34,349 nucleotides of DNA from Granulicella sp. GTDB taxonomy: Bacteria; Acidobacteriota; Terriglobia; Terriglobales; Acidobacteriaceae. A program made the position numbers and the translations under genes. The stretch is from assembly GCA_027339965.1 (NCBI GenBank), contig DAHWNL010000045.1:1-34349 (forward strand). Reading direction: 5' to 3'. Below are positions 1-9,046 of the stretch, one piece after another. The stretch's first letter is position 1, and each line of letters begins with the position of its first letter. Below the pieces are notes generated by a model that made no database searches, had not been told where the DNA came from, and worked only from the letters and a program-made list of their open reading frames with translations.

Positions 1-144
1 AATCGTCGCGCCACCAAGAACCATCTTGACCGCCCGTCGGCGCCGCTCATTCAGCACAGCCTCAGGCAACTTCCTTCCGTCGCATGAACTCTTGCCATGT
101 TAGACGCTGTAATAACGCATTCGTTTCATGCCGGATCAGTACTA
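1..144 (-). mobile_element. Left end and transposase 5' part of an IS630-family element, continuing beyond the window start
   Basis: The minus strand reads DGRKLPEAVLNERRRRAVKMVLGGATI, resembling an IS630 transposase N-terminal HTH. GH27 similarity stops at a TA (144-143), the IS630 target dinucleotide. The nearby ATGs are out of frame, so either a TTG start or a degenerate copy. Confidence 0.7.
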
Positions 145-608
145 CAGAAGTCCTCCTCGACAAGATCAATGCCCCAGGACGCGAAGGTCGTGATGTCCTG
201 CTCCTCGTGTTGGTAGCTACCTTCGTATCCCGCACAGGTTCTGGGGCCAACATCCGTGTAGATACCTGCCTTGAGGCCTCTTGCGTGGATGTAGGTGACG
301 AGTGCCGGGATGCCGCTGGGGAATCGGTGAGGATCCGGCACAAGGGTCCCGTCAGAAGCACGATGGCCCGCCGGGACGATACACTCCTGTATGATCAGGT
401 ATCGATAACCAGCATCCTTCATACCGGTTAAAGCCAGGAGATCCGCCATAGACTTGATGGTCTTCTCGTCATAGTCGCAGCCAAGACTGTTCCAATTCGC
501 CCACCCCACGGGTGGAGTGTCAGCCAATTGCGAGAGCTTGGAAGCCAGACTGGCAGGGCCTATCATCAGCAGAGAAGACATCACAAGCAAAGAGATGATT
601 CGCATCAA
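126..608 (-). pseudogene. GH27 alpha-galactosidase-family glycosidase, N-terminal half only, interrupted by IS630
   Basis: Signal peptide, TPPVGWANWN, GMKDAGYRY, DPHRFPSGI, GLKAGIYTDVG, TCAG and WGIDLVEEDFC. The ORF ends a few codons after the nucleophile Asp; the acid/base half and C-terminal domain are absent here. Confidence 0.85.
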
Positions 609-724
609 ACACTCTCACTCACCACATGTTGAAATGATTGTGATAGTCAACTCTCGGCACCCTATTCCGCACTGTACGCACTATACGCACAATAGGCGAT
701 GCGGAATCGCATGCGAACTCACAG

Positions 725-2578
725 CTATCGAGTGGTCTGCTCTCCTTGCTTCATCTGCGCCAGAACCATATCACGCGCTTTTCTGGCTAAGGAGCTGTCC
801 GGGTCAATTTGCAGCGCATGTTGCAAGACCTTGTCTGACTCAGAGAAGCGTCCCTCACTGGCAAGGATGAGACCTAAATTCACAAAGGCCTCTACATATT
901 GAGGCTTAGCTTCAGTGGCTTTCCGAAAGAGCGCCTCGGCCTCCTTTATTTTTCCGAGTCGACTTTCCACGACGCCGAGGTTGCTTTCCGCCTCAGCATA
1001 CTCTGGGTCGAGTACAATTGCTGTCTTGAACTCTATCTCGGCCTCAGCCATTTGGCCTTGCTGCATCTCAAGAACGCCATTGTCATTATGAGCCTGGGGG
1101 AATGTTGGGTCGAGCTGAATCGCCTTCGCCAGTGCTTGCTTTTCCTCCAAATATTCTTTTTGACGGCGAAAGGCTAACGCGAGATCATAATAGATATGAG
1201 AATTTGTTGGATCCAGCTTGAGCGATTGCTGGAAAAGATCCACGGCTTTGGGGATATTACCTTCCTCAAAGCTCTCGCTTGCCTCATTAATCTGGGTACT
1301 CTCCATTTGCTGTTCGAATGCCACTTTCTTCTTTTGCTGTAGTATGTTTAGCTCCTGGAGGGATTTCTTCCGTAAGCCCTCGGACCGGAGCACCATGGCA
1401 AGTTGGAAGAGTGCTTCACTCGCTCCGGGATTCAGCTGAAGAGCTCGCTCCAGCTGTACACGGGCTTGCGAAGGTCGATTAAGTCTAGATAATACAACGC
1501 CCAGGAAATACCTGGCGTTATATTGATCTCCGTTGATAGAGACTGCCCGCTTGAGCAAAGGTTCAGCTACGCTATAATTCCCTAATCCCTCTTCAACTTC
1601 CCCCGCGAGCTCTAATGCATCGAAAGCCTCTGGCTTCCGATGCAGGTATTCCTGAATTATGGGCAGGGCAGCGGTGTACTGCTTCAGAATGATCAATACC
1701 TTCACTTCTGCGATGCGGCTGACATCATCCCTCGGGTCAAGTCGAAGAGCCTGTTGAAATGCACGTTCGGCACGATGGTAGTGCTGCTGTTGTGTTAAGA
1801 TGAGGCCGAGACGAAGATGAGCAGCTGCATTGGTAGGATTGCTTTTAACCAAGGCCGATAGGAGATCCGTTGCTTGTTGCAATTGACCGCTCTTTGAGTA
1901 GGCAATTGCCAGATCAAGCGAGAGTCGCGCACTCGGTGGAGCATCTTGCAAAGCCTGCACTGCCTCTGCGTATCTTTTCTCTGCAACTAGAGCCTTCGAG
2001 AGTCCATCGAGTGCAGCGATGGATTTAGGGTGAAGTTGTAGAACCATCTGGAACTGCAGGATGGCCGCGTCCGGATGATCTAGTTGGAGCAGCAGGGAAC
2101 CCAGCCCCAGGTGAGGCTGCACTGCAGCCGGATATTCATGGGATGCAGTCAACAGTTCACGGTAGGCTCGTTCGGAGTTGCCAGTTGAGATCAACGCAAG
2201 AGCGAGATTATAGTGCGCTTGCCACTCTTTGGGATCCAGGTGCAGCGCAGATTGGAATGCTGAGATTGCACAGGGAAACTCTCGCTTGCGCCCGAAGGCC
2301 GCACCCAGGGCATTGTAGGCATCAGCAGAAGGGTGAGATGCAATGGCCCTCTCCAAATCGGCCGGGCCAACGCAGCCCGCCGTATTTTGAGCGTGTACTC
2401 TGTAGTGAGAGCACAGAGCTATCAGGTAGATGAGAAGGCAACGCCAAGTTGTCCCGTGCAGCCGGCTTCGTAAGGTCTCCTTGGGGGACTTCGGGGTAAA
2501 GGATCCTCGGGAACGCCCCGTAGAATGGACCCTCCAATCCTGGTCGAAGGTTGCGACAGTTAAGAACATCGCTCTCAC
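725..2578 (-). CDS. Exported tetratricopeptide-repeat protein; true start probably downstream of 2578
   Basis: Many TPR motifs (AYNALG, AHYNLALAL, AHLRLG, AFVNLG, A...DP). Hydrophobic segment ending VHAQ. Directly downstream of the TonB receptor. Confidence 0.9.
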   Translation of the reverse strand: MRAMFLTVATFDQDWRVHSTGRSRGSFTPKSPKETLRSRLHGTTWRCLLIYLIALCSHYRVHAQNTAGCVGPADLERAIASHPSADAYNALGAAFGRKREFPCAISAFQSALHLDPKEWQAHYNLALALISTGNSERAYRELLTASHEYPAAVQPHLGLGSLLLQLDHPDAAILQFQMVLQLHPKSIAALDGLSKALVAEKRYAEAVQALQDAPPSARLSLDLAIAYSKSGQLQQATDLLSALVKSNPTNAAAHLRLGLILTQQQHYHRAERAFQQALRLDPRDDVSRIAEVKVLIILKQYTAALPIIQEYLHRKPEAFDALELAGEVEEGLGNYSVAEPLLKRAVSINGDQYNARYFLGVVLSRLNRPSQARVQLERALQLNPGASEALFQLAMVLRSEGLRKKSLQELNILQQKKKVAFEQQMESTQINEASESFEEGNIPKAVDLFQQSLKLDPTNSHIYYDLALAFRRQKEYLEEKQALAKAIQLDPTFPQAHNDNGVLEMQQGQMAEAEIEFKTAIVLDPEYAEAESNLGVVESRLGKIKEAEALFRKATEAKPQYVEAFVNLGLILASEGRFSESDKVLQHALQIDPDSSLARKARDMVLAQMKQGEQTTR

Positions 2579-2710
2579 ATGGTCTCGGGCGGCTCACAGA
2601 TATACCTGAATCGCAGCGTCGAGATATCCCTGAACGATCGCATCCGTAGAGTCGACAAGTTGCACCTTGCCGGGAAGCTATACTCTCTACGCGGATGATT
2701 CGTAGTGACT

Positions 2711-5700
2711 CTAGAAAAGGAACTTCAGCGCTAATTGTACCTCGCGAGAGAGATTATAGGTAGAGTTGATCGTGCCGAAGAGGGGTCCCTGGTTGTAGTC
2801 GCTAAATGGCTGACCAAGAACAACATTGTTCAGCAGGTTAAAGGCTTCAGCACGGAATTCAAATTCGCGGCCGTTGCCGACTGGAATCAGGCGGAAAAGG
2901 CTAGTGTCCAGCTCCCAGTCAGCCTGGCTACGTAGTGAGTTTCTCCCTGCGGTGCCATAGGTGTAGCCTTGTGGAACCGCATAGGCCGCGGTATTGAACC
3001 ACTCGCTAAACGTAGGCTTGGAGAGATGGGGATTTCCTACAATGTCCAGATACTCCGTGCCGTTCCCAGTATTCGGAATATCGCTACTGATTTGCGGAGT
3101 GAACGGGAGACCGGAATGAGCCTGGAAAATGTTGTTAATCTGCCAGTTACCCAAGATGTAATCGAGGAAGTGGTTCTTGGTGGAATATTTCTCCCCTCTA
3201 CCAATAGGTACATGATAGAGCATATCGACGGAGAGCTGGTTCGTTACGTCATATCCTGCCACAGAGCGGCTACCATAACCGCAGATGTCGTAGGGATCCT
3301 GTGCATTCTCACCCTCGGAGCCCCACCATCCATCGGTTCCGCAATCCATGGTTTTTGACCACGTGTAGGCAACATTGTAAGACCAGCCATTTGTGAAGTT
3401 GCGGACCAACGACATTTGAAGGCCATTGTAGCTCGACTTGCCGACAGGCCGATCATAAGGGGTGATGGCCATATACGGATATAAGGCTCGGGACTGTGGA
3501 TCGCCGGGACCGGGTGTGAGAGCCGTGTTGTAAGGCCCTCCGTAGTCAAGGCGTTGCGAGGCCATGCCTACATAGGTGATCGTTGCGGCTGTATTGCTGC
3601 TCAACTGCCGTTCGATGCCGATGTTGTATTGCTCGGATCTAGGTAGCAATCTGTTAGGGGAGTAGAAATTACCGGTCTGAAAGAACGGCGTCGGGGCCGG
3701 CAGAAAGGTGCTGTTGCCCAGTGGATTGTGAGCAGTTATGGTTGGGGTCGCCGATGTGGAACTTGGAAGATTCAGATCGGCTGGGGCGTTGAAGATGCCT
3801 ACATCTGGCCACGTTGATGAGACGTTTTGAGTCATTTGGTTAATGGAAGCCCAGCTGTCATAGACAATACCGAAGGCTCCTCTTACAACAGTCTTATTTC
3901 CAATCATATAGGCGAAGCCTAGGCGTGGACCAAAGTTAGAATATTCGTTGATGGCGAGCTTATCGTTCGTAGACAACACGACATGGGCAGGCAAGGTTCC
4001 ATTGCCTGGTATGCATGGAGCAACCTGGATAGAGTCGCAGGAAGGTGGAAGCGCCTGTAGTTTGTATGTCCCGTTGGAGAAGTCATAATCACCAATATAA
4101 GGTCCGCCATGAACGGAGTTTAATGATTGTTTGCCAAAAGGTGGGAAGAATTGCACGTCATAGCGAAGGCCATAGTTTAAGGTGAGCTTCGGTGTGGCTT
4201 TCCAGGAGTCCTGGGCATATCCATATGCGACACCCCCGGGACGAGTCTGGACCTCAGAGTTTACAAAATAGTAGTAATCGGGAACGTCAAGAAGATAGGA
4301 AGCAAGAGCATCGCCTTGGTTGACGGTGTCCGCTGGATTGGGATCGGCTGTATTCTGTGCCCCAAAGCCTTCAAATGGGAATGCAGTGCCGGCAGCGTTG
4401 AAGATGCTTGTGTAGCCTGCACCGAAGCGCAGTGTGTGAGTCCTCCAGGTCTTGTCTACGTTACCGCTATATTCCCAGTCGTCGGTTGCTGTGTTTGTGT
4501 TGGAATATTCACCAGGGTTATTGCTATACCCGTTGATGGACATATCGGGAAGAGGCACGACATTCGGTAAGATAACCCATTTGCTGATTGTCGGTGCGAG
4601 GTTTAGCTCTTGGGTGATAGCCGTGGTGGATTTAGTGAAGAAATAGGAAGTATCCATATACATGGTGGCATGGGCGATCTGAACCTGAAGGACGAGATTC
4701 GGATTGAAGACATGTACATAGCTCCCACCCCAGTCGCGCGAAGGAATGGCGACCGTTTCAGGGTCTCCAGGGAGTCCGGAGGACTCGGTCACGGTGCTAT
4801 TAAGGGCGCTATAGTGGAAAAACGCTGAGTCGTTCGCTCCAAACGTATGGTCGATCCGAATGTCCCATTCGTTCTGTTTCTGGCCGATCGGTGTTGTGTC
4901 GAGAGCATTGTCCCCAGAGCTATCAAATACTGCCCCTGGGGTGGGGTACGCGAACTTGGCATAATCGACGAGGCTGTTGTCGATCAGAGATGCTGGAATC
5001 TGGTTGCCGGGGAAGGGATCACCGATGAACTGTCCAGGAACTAATGGATTCGCTCGGAAGGTGAAAGGGTTGTAAATCTGAGTGGGCCAGTCGCTCAAAT
5101 TTCCGGAAAGTTCTGTAGCGGTTGGAACGTGCAATGGAGTGTCGCTGATTTGGCTGTAGCGGAAGCCTTGATATGCGCCGAAGAAGAATGTCCTGTTCTT
5201 CCCGTCATAGAGCTTTGGAAGAATGACTGGGCCTCCAACAGATCCGCCAAATTGATTCTGGCTGTAGGGGGTTTTGGGAACATCTTTTGGGAGAAAATAG
5301 AAGCGGGCATCGAAGATCTGGTTGCGGGCATACTCCCATGCTGAGCCGTGCAGATTATTGGTGCCAGACTTTGTGGTTACATTGATGACGCCGCCCAATA
5401 CGCCACCGTACTCGGCGCTGTCAGTGTGTGAAACAACCTTGAATTCCTGAATGGCATCGATAATGGGCGGCACCGCATAGGTGCTGATAAACTCTCCGAA
5501 GTCATCCATGCCGTCCGCGAGAAAGAAGTTGCTCCGATTGGTCTGGCCATTGATCGCAGGGAAAACGGTATCGGAGCCGATTGGCGCAGCTACCATCCAT
5601 CCGCCTCCAGAACCTACGGCACCCTCGTTGGCATTCTGGCCGGTGCTAACCGGTGAGACTCCTGGGGTGAGAGTGAGAAGCTGGGTGAAATTGCGGCCAT

Positions 5701-6169
5701 TCAGGGGAATGTCATTCACTTCTTGCGTTGAAATGACGGTACCCAGGCTTGCGCTTGACGTCTCTAGCTGGGGCGTTGCCGATTGCACGGTGATAGTCGT
5801 CTGTGTGGGACCCACTTTCAACGAAAAATTGATGGTTGCAACCTGGCCGACCGTCAGGGTGAACTGAGGAACTTCCCTCAAGCCAAAACCGGGCGCAGTT
5901 GCTCTGATTGTGTACTGTCCTGGGTTCACATCAAAGATGGAGTACACGCCAGACGCATTCGAGATGGTCGTATTCTCTACAGAAGTTTGAGTGTTTCGGA
6001 GGATGACTTTGGCTTGTGGAACCACAGCTCCGGAGGAGTCCCGCACCGTTCCGTTAACGGAGGCTGAGGATAGTTGCGCATGACTCTGTCCAGTGGCGAG
6101 CAGAAGCAACGCAGAGACGATGAGGAGAGATGCGAACCGGTTCTGTGCAACACGCTGGAATGGTTTCAT
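2711..6169 (-). CDS. TonB-dependent outer-membrane transporter (Oar-like, with N-terminal carboxypeptidase-regulatory-like domain)
   Basis: Signal peptide ending SHAQ, GTVRDSSGAVVP, PLNGRNFTQLLTLTPG, DAIQEFKV, KSGTNNLHGSAWEY, LTLNYGLRYD, NFGPRLGFAY, FRAEAFNLLN and C-terminal LKFLF. Start placed at MKPF (6169). Confidence 0.95.
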   Translation of the reverse strand: MKPFQRVAQNRFASLLIVSALLLLATGQSHAQLSSASVNGTVRDSSGAVVPQAKVILRNTQTSVENTTISNASGVYSIFDVNPGQYTIRATAPGFGLREVPQFTLTVGQVATINFSLKVGPTQTTITVQSATPQLETSSASLGTVISTQEVNDIPLNGRNFTQLLTLTPGVSPVSTGQNANEGAVGSGGGWMVAAPIGSDTVFPAINGQTNRSNFFLADGMDDFGEFISTYAVPPIIDAIQEFKVVSHTDSAEYGGVLGGVINVTTKSGTNNLHGSAWEYARNQIFDARFYFLPKDVPKTPYSQNQFGGSVGGPVILPKLYDGKNRTFFFGAYQGFRYSQISDTPLHVPTATELSGNLSDWPTQIYNPFTFRANPLVPGQFIGDPFPGNQIPASLIDNSLVDYAKFAYPTPGAVFDSSGDNALDTTPIGQKQNEWDIRIDHTFGANDSAFFHYSALNSTVTESSGLPGDPETVAIPSRDWGGSYVHVFNPNLVLQVQIAHATMYMDTSYFFTKSTTAITQELNLAPTISKWVILPNVVPLPDMSINGYSNNPGEYSNTNTATDDWEYSGNVDKTWRTHTLRFGAGYTSIFNAAGTAFPFEGFGAQNTADPNPADTVNQGDALASYLLDVPDYYYFVNSEVQTRPGGVAYGYAQDSWKATPKLTLNYGLRYDVQFFPPFGKQSLNSVHGGPYIGDYDFSNGTYKLQALPPSCDSIQVAPCIPGNGTLPAHVVLSTNDKLAINEYSNFGPRLGFAYMIGNKTVVRGAFGIVYDSWASINQMTQNVSSTWPDVGIFNAPADLNLPSSTSATPTITAHNPLGNSTFLPAPTPFFQTGNFYSPNRLLPRSEQYNIGIERQLSSNTAATITYVGMASQRLDYGGPYNTALTPGPGDPQSRALYPYMAITPYDRPVGKSSYNGLQMSLVRNFTNGWSYNVAYTWSKTMDCGTDGWWGSEGENAQDPYDICGYGSRSVAGYDVTNQLSVDMLYHVPIGRGEKYSTKNHFLDYILGNWQINNIFQAHSGLPFTPQISSDIPNTGNGTEYLDIVGNPHLSKPTFSEWFNTAAYAVPQGYTYGTAGRNSLRSQADWELDTSLFRLIPVGNGREFEFRAEAFNLLNNVVLGQPFSDYNQGPLFGTINSTYNLSREVQLALKFLF

Positions 6170-6351
6170 GGCGCAAATCATCACCTTTCGAAGGTTTTCA
6201 ACAGCGCCGATACGCAGCCTGCATATCGGAAGAAACACAATCAACGATGGATTGCGAAATCCAACGGGTGACGATTTAGCCCCAAAATGGCAGCACCCAA
6301 TCCATCAGCCTGGATGACGCGTATCAAGAATGCCTGGCCCTGACTGAGAAT

Positions 6352-6387
6352 GCATGCTTGTATACAATATGCCAGTGTGAGATGCAA
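6352..6387 (-). promoter_or_regulatory. Candidate sigma70 promoter of the TonB receptor with an overlapping GntR/FadR-type operator
   Basis: TTGCAT (6387-6382), 17 bp spacer, TATACA (6364-6359). The perfect palindrome TTGTATACAA at 6358-6367 covers the -10. Confidence 0.6.
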
Positions 6388-6453
6388 GGGAATTCTTTGC
6401 GTCCGGCCCCATCGGGGATGGTTGAGCCGGCCGCAAGTCGAAGCTGGTATGGG

Positions 6454-6466
6454 CAAGTGTTTGATA
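6454..6466 (-). promoter_or_regulatory. IHF-consensus site
   Basis: Minus strand TATCAAACACTTG matches WATCAANNNNTTR exactly. It lies between the receptor promoter and an IS scar. Confidence 0.35.
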
Positions 6467-6599
6467 GCAAGTAAGTTAGAGAGACTTCTCTGTTATGGAG
6501 CCGGCGAGAGCCGAGGCGTCAACGGAGCCTGGGGTTGAGCACTCTCAGGTGTCAACTGAGGCAATTATGTTGAGGTGGCCAGTTTGAAAGTCTCTTCCA

Positions 6600-6800
6600 G
6601 TCCCGCCCTTGAGCAGGGGTGCAGTTCCTTCGCCTGGCCCAAGTCAATTGGATAGCATGTAGACTTCGCGAGTTGGGCTGAAGGCTGAGCCGGAGGGCTC
6701 CTGCAGTTTTGATTCTCCCTCTCACCCCGTTGACCCGGTGCGGCCGAGATTGTCCATCACAGGCACGTCTGCGGATGGCGGCTCCAGGCGAAGCATCTGG
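6600..6800 (-). pseudogene. Degenerate IS630-family transposase C-terminal remnant
   Basis: Across a frameshift the minus strand reads VMDNL/AHRVNGVRGRIKTAGALRLSLQPNSRSLHAIQLTWAR, which parallels the IS630 pattern VMDNLxxHKxxGVRxxIEAAGAxLxYLPPYSPDLNPIExxW. Confidence 0.65.
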
Positions 6801-7019
6801 CCTAAACTGGGCCAGAACAAGATTGTTATCCCATGAATTATGCGTAGCCTGACGTCACGGGTGTGAGCGGTCTGTCATCGGGACAAAGATGCGTTGACTC
6901 AACCCTTAGTCGAGGGCGCTGTTCCGGCAGCGCTCATCAAAGGCACAACACCAAAGCATTCTCACCCATTCTGCTTTGTGCCTACATCATCCGCTCTCCG
7001 GTGCCGAGGGCAAGGACCA

Positions 7020-7049
7020 CGCCGGAGCAAGCTCATCCCCGCTCCGGCG
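7020..7049 (-). terminator. GC-rich hairpin downstream of the beta-helix gene
   Basis: 9-bp perfect stem CGCCGGAGC/GCTCCGGCG; no convincing U tract. Confidence 0.35.
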
Positions 7050-7075
7050 CTCGCGGCCGCTTTCCAATCACGAAG

Positions 7076-8740
7076 CTACTCGATAGCGCCGATCCAGTAT
7101 CCGGTTGTAGGCAGCGGATTCCCCAGAAAGTCCGTTGTGCCCATGGAGCAGCCGCTGATTCCCGTGCAGACATCAGTTCCACCGCCGATTGCCGGAGAGC
7201 CTGACTGCGGCGTAAATTGCGTTGTCGGCCACACGTTCGCGACATCGTAACTCGGCTCCGGCAGCAGCGGATTTGAGATCAGGGAATTCGCGTCCTGCCC
7301 GGTCGCGCTCTGATACGTTGCCAGGCTCGTGTAAGTGGTGCCGCCATACTCAAAGGAGTATTGTGTAGCGTTCGGACCGTAATACAGGTTGTAGTCCGCA
7401 GTCACTAGTTTGGTTGCATCGATGAGGTATGGCGTCGTCAATGGCGTGTAGACAATATTGTTCTCAAAGAAATCCGGGTTCGAGCCACTGAACGTTGCAG
7501 CCTTATCGGTTAACTCATAGGTGTTGGTCGGCGTAGCTGTCCAGTAGCTTGTATTGTCATAAATCTCAACGCCGTTCAGTGAGCCGCTGTTCCACGTCGA
7601 CAGCAGAAAATCTCCATAATTGATACTTGTGCTTTCGGCGTCGTTATTGACGCAGACGTTGAATCGGATGATGCTATTTACGGTGGGCTCGCTTCCCGCG
7701 CCAAATACGGAGACGCAGTATCCCTTGTTGTCGTGGATGTAGTTCCGCTCCACTGTGATGTTGCGGTTCAAATAATCGATATCGATCCCCCCGCCGTCGC
7801 CCGCCCAGCTGGTATTGTCGTATGACTCGTTCTGCGAGATTTCCGCGCCTATGGTGTTCCACACCCAAAGCGCTCCCGGAGTGCTGCCCGTGCAGTTCGG
7901 GCACTCGCCCGACTGCGTCACCACGTTGTTGCTCAGCGTCACATTTTCAGCGTCCGTCACCAGCAGCCCGTCACCGTAGACATTGTCTACATGCGAATTG
8001 GTTACCGAGATGTTTTGTCCTTTCGGACCGGTATACGCGCCATGCTGCCCTGCCTGGATAAAGATTCCCTCGCCGGCCGTGGTGTTCTCCGCAGTCACAT
8101 AGGAAAGATTGACATTGCTAATGGTCGAACTGCTGGTCTTATCCGTAATCAACCCGATCTCGCCTCCGACGGCTCTTTGGGTAGAAACCAAAGTTGCCCC
8201 CGTCGCCGTCACGTTGGTGATCGTCAGGCCGGTTACGGTATTGCCGCTTAAAGCCTTGGCCACCAGGCCCCAGTTCTCGCCCCCCTGCAGGTAGAGATTT
8301 TCAATCGTCCAGTACGACTGGTTGGTAAGATAGAAGGCCGCGTTGTTTGTCGACCCACCATCAAGGATCGGCAGAGCACCCGTTCCATAATCTGTCACTG
8401 TGATTGGCGCGCTGGACTTGCCAGACCCGCTCGGGGAGAACATCCCGTTACAAGTCATCCCGGTCTTGAAATAAATCGTGTCGCCCGCCGAATAGCTGTG
8501 CCCATTGGCGGACGCAATGTTGTTCCAGGGAGAGCTTTCAGTCCCATTGCCGTTGGAGGATTGGCTGCAATCCACATAATAAGAGTGTGTCCCCCCGCTG
8601 GCTTTGGCACTCTCTCCTGGCGAAGTAGCGGCGCCGGAAGAAGCATTGCCGACCGGGCTACCTGCGCAGCCGGCCGTCACGGCGGCCAGCACGATGGTGA
8701 GAATCAAGCAAGCTTTTTTTGTGTCATTTGCGTGTTGCAT
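7076..8740 (-). CDS. Secreted or lipoprotein right-handed beta-helix protein, GH136 (LnbX)-like or other beta-helix glycan-active enzyme
   Basis: Lipobox-like VTAGC, YYVD...GNGTESSPW, GDTIYFKTG, GSGKSSAPITVTDYGTGALP, beta-helix repeats, DGGGIDID..VERNYIHDN and C-terminal SPAIGGG. Confidence 0.75.
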   Translation of the reverse strand: MQHANDTKKACLILTIVLAAVTAGCAGSPVGNASSGAATSPGESAKASGGTHSYYVDCSQSSNGNGTESSPWNNIASANGHSYSAGDTIYFKTGMTCNGMFSPSGSGKSSAPITVTDYGTGALPILDGGSTNNAAFYLTNQSYWTIENLYLQGGENWGLVAKALSGNTVTGLTITNVTATGATLVSTQRAVGGEIGLITDKTSSSTISNVNLSYVTAENTTAGEGIFIQAGQHGAYTGPKGQNISVTNSHVDNVYGDGLLVTDAENVTLSNNVVTQSGECPNCTGSTPGALWVWNTIGAEISQNESYDNTSWAGDGGGIDIDYLNRNITVERNYIHDNKGYCVSVFGAGSEPTVNSIIRFNVCVNNDAESTSINYGDFLLSTWNSGSLNGVEIYDNTSYWTATPTNTYELTDKAATFSGSNPDFFENNIVYTPLTTPYLIDATKLVTADYNLYYGPNATQYSFEYGGTTYTSLATYQSATGQDANSLISNPLLPEPSYDVANVWPTTQFTPQSGSPAIGGGTDVCTGISGCSMGTTDFLGNPLPTTGYWIGAIE

Positions 8741-8789
8741 GTTTGCGTCGTCCTCTCAGCAGGCATTCGGCCTGCATTCCTTTGAGCTT

Positions 8790-8807
8790 GATGGAATCGA
8801 TTGCATC
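8790..8807. promoter_or_regulatory. LacI-family operator candidate
   Basis: 18-bp near-perfect palindrome GATGGAATCGATTGCATC fitting TGnAAnCGnTTnCA, about 50 bp upstream of the beta-helix gene. Confidence 0.65.
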
Positions 8808-8934
8808 GGTGCGACAGCGCCCAACGGAGAGGCGCAAATGCCGGAATGAGACCTTGTTGCAATCGCTGCTTGCCAACAAGAATCTCGATTGCCTGCGCTG
8901 CCAAACATCCTGTCGAGGAAGCCGGCGCAACGGA

Positions 8935-8948
8935 TGAGATCGATTACA
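8935..8948. promoter_or_regulatory. Second LacI-family operator candidate
   Basis: TGAGATCGATTACA shares the ATCGATT core with the 8790 site. Confidence 0.5.
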
Positions 8949-9046
8949 GTCGCTGAGGACGATATAGGAGCATATCTTTCGCTGTCAATGTTTACTTAAT
9001 CGTTAACCATCTGTTGGCCGTTGCCAGGTGCTTCGCTTGGTCCAGC

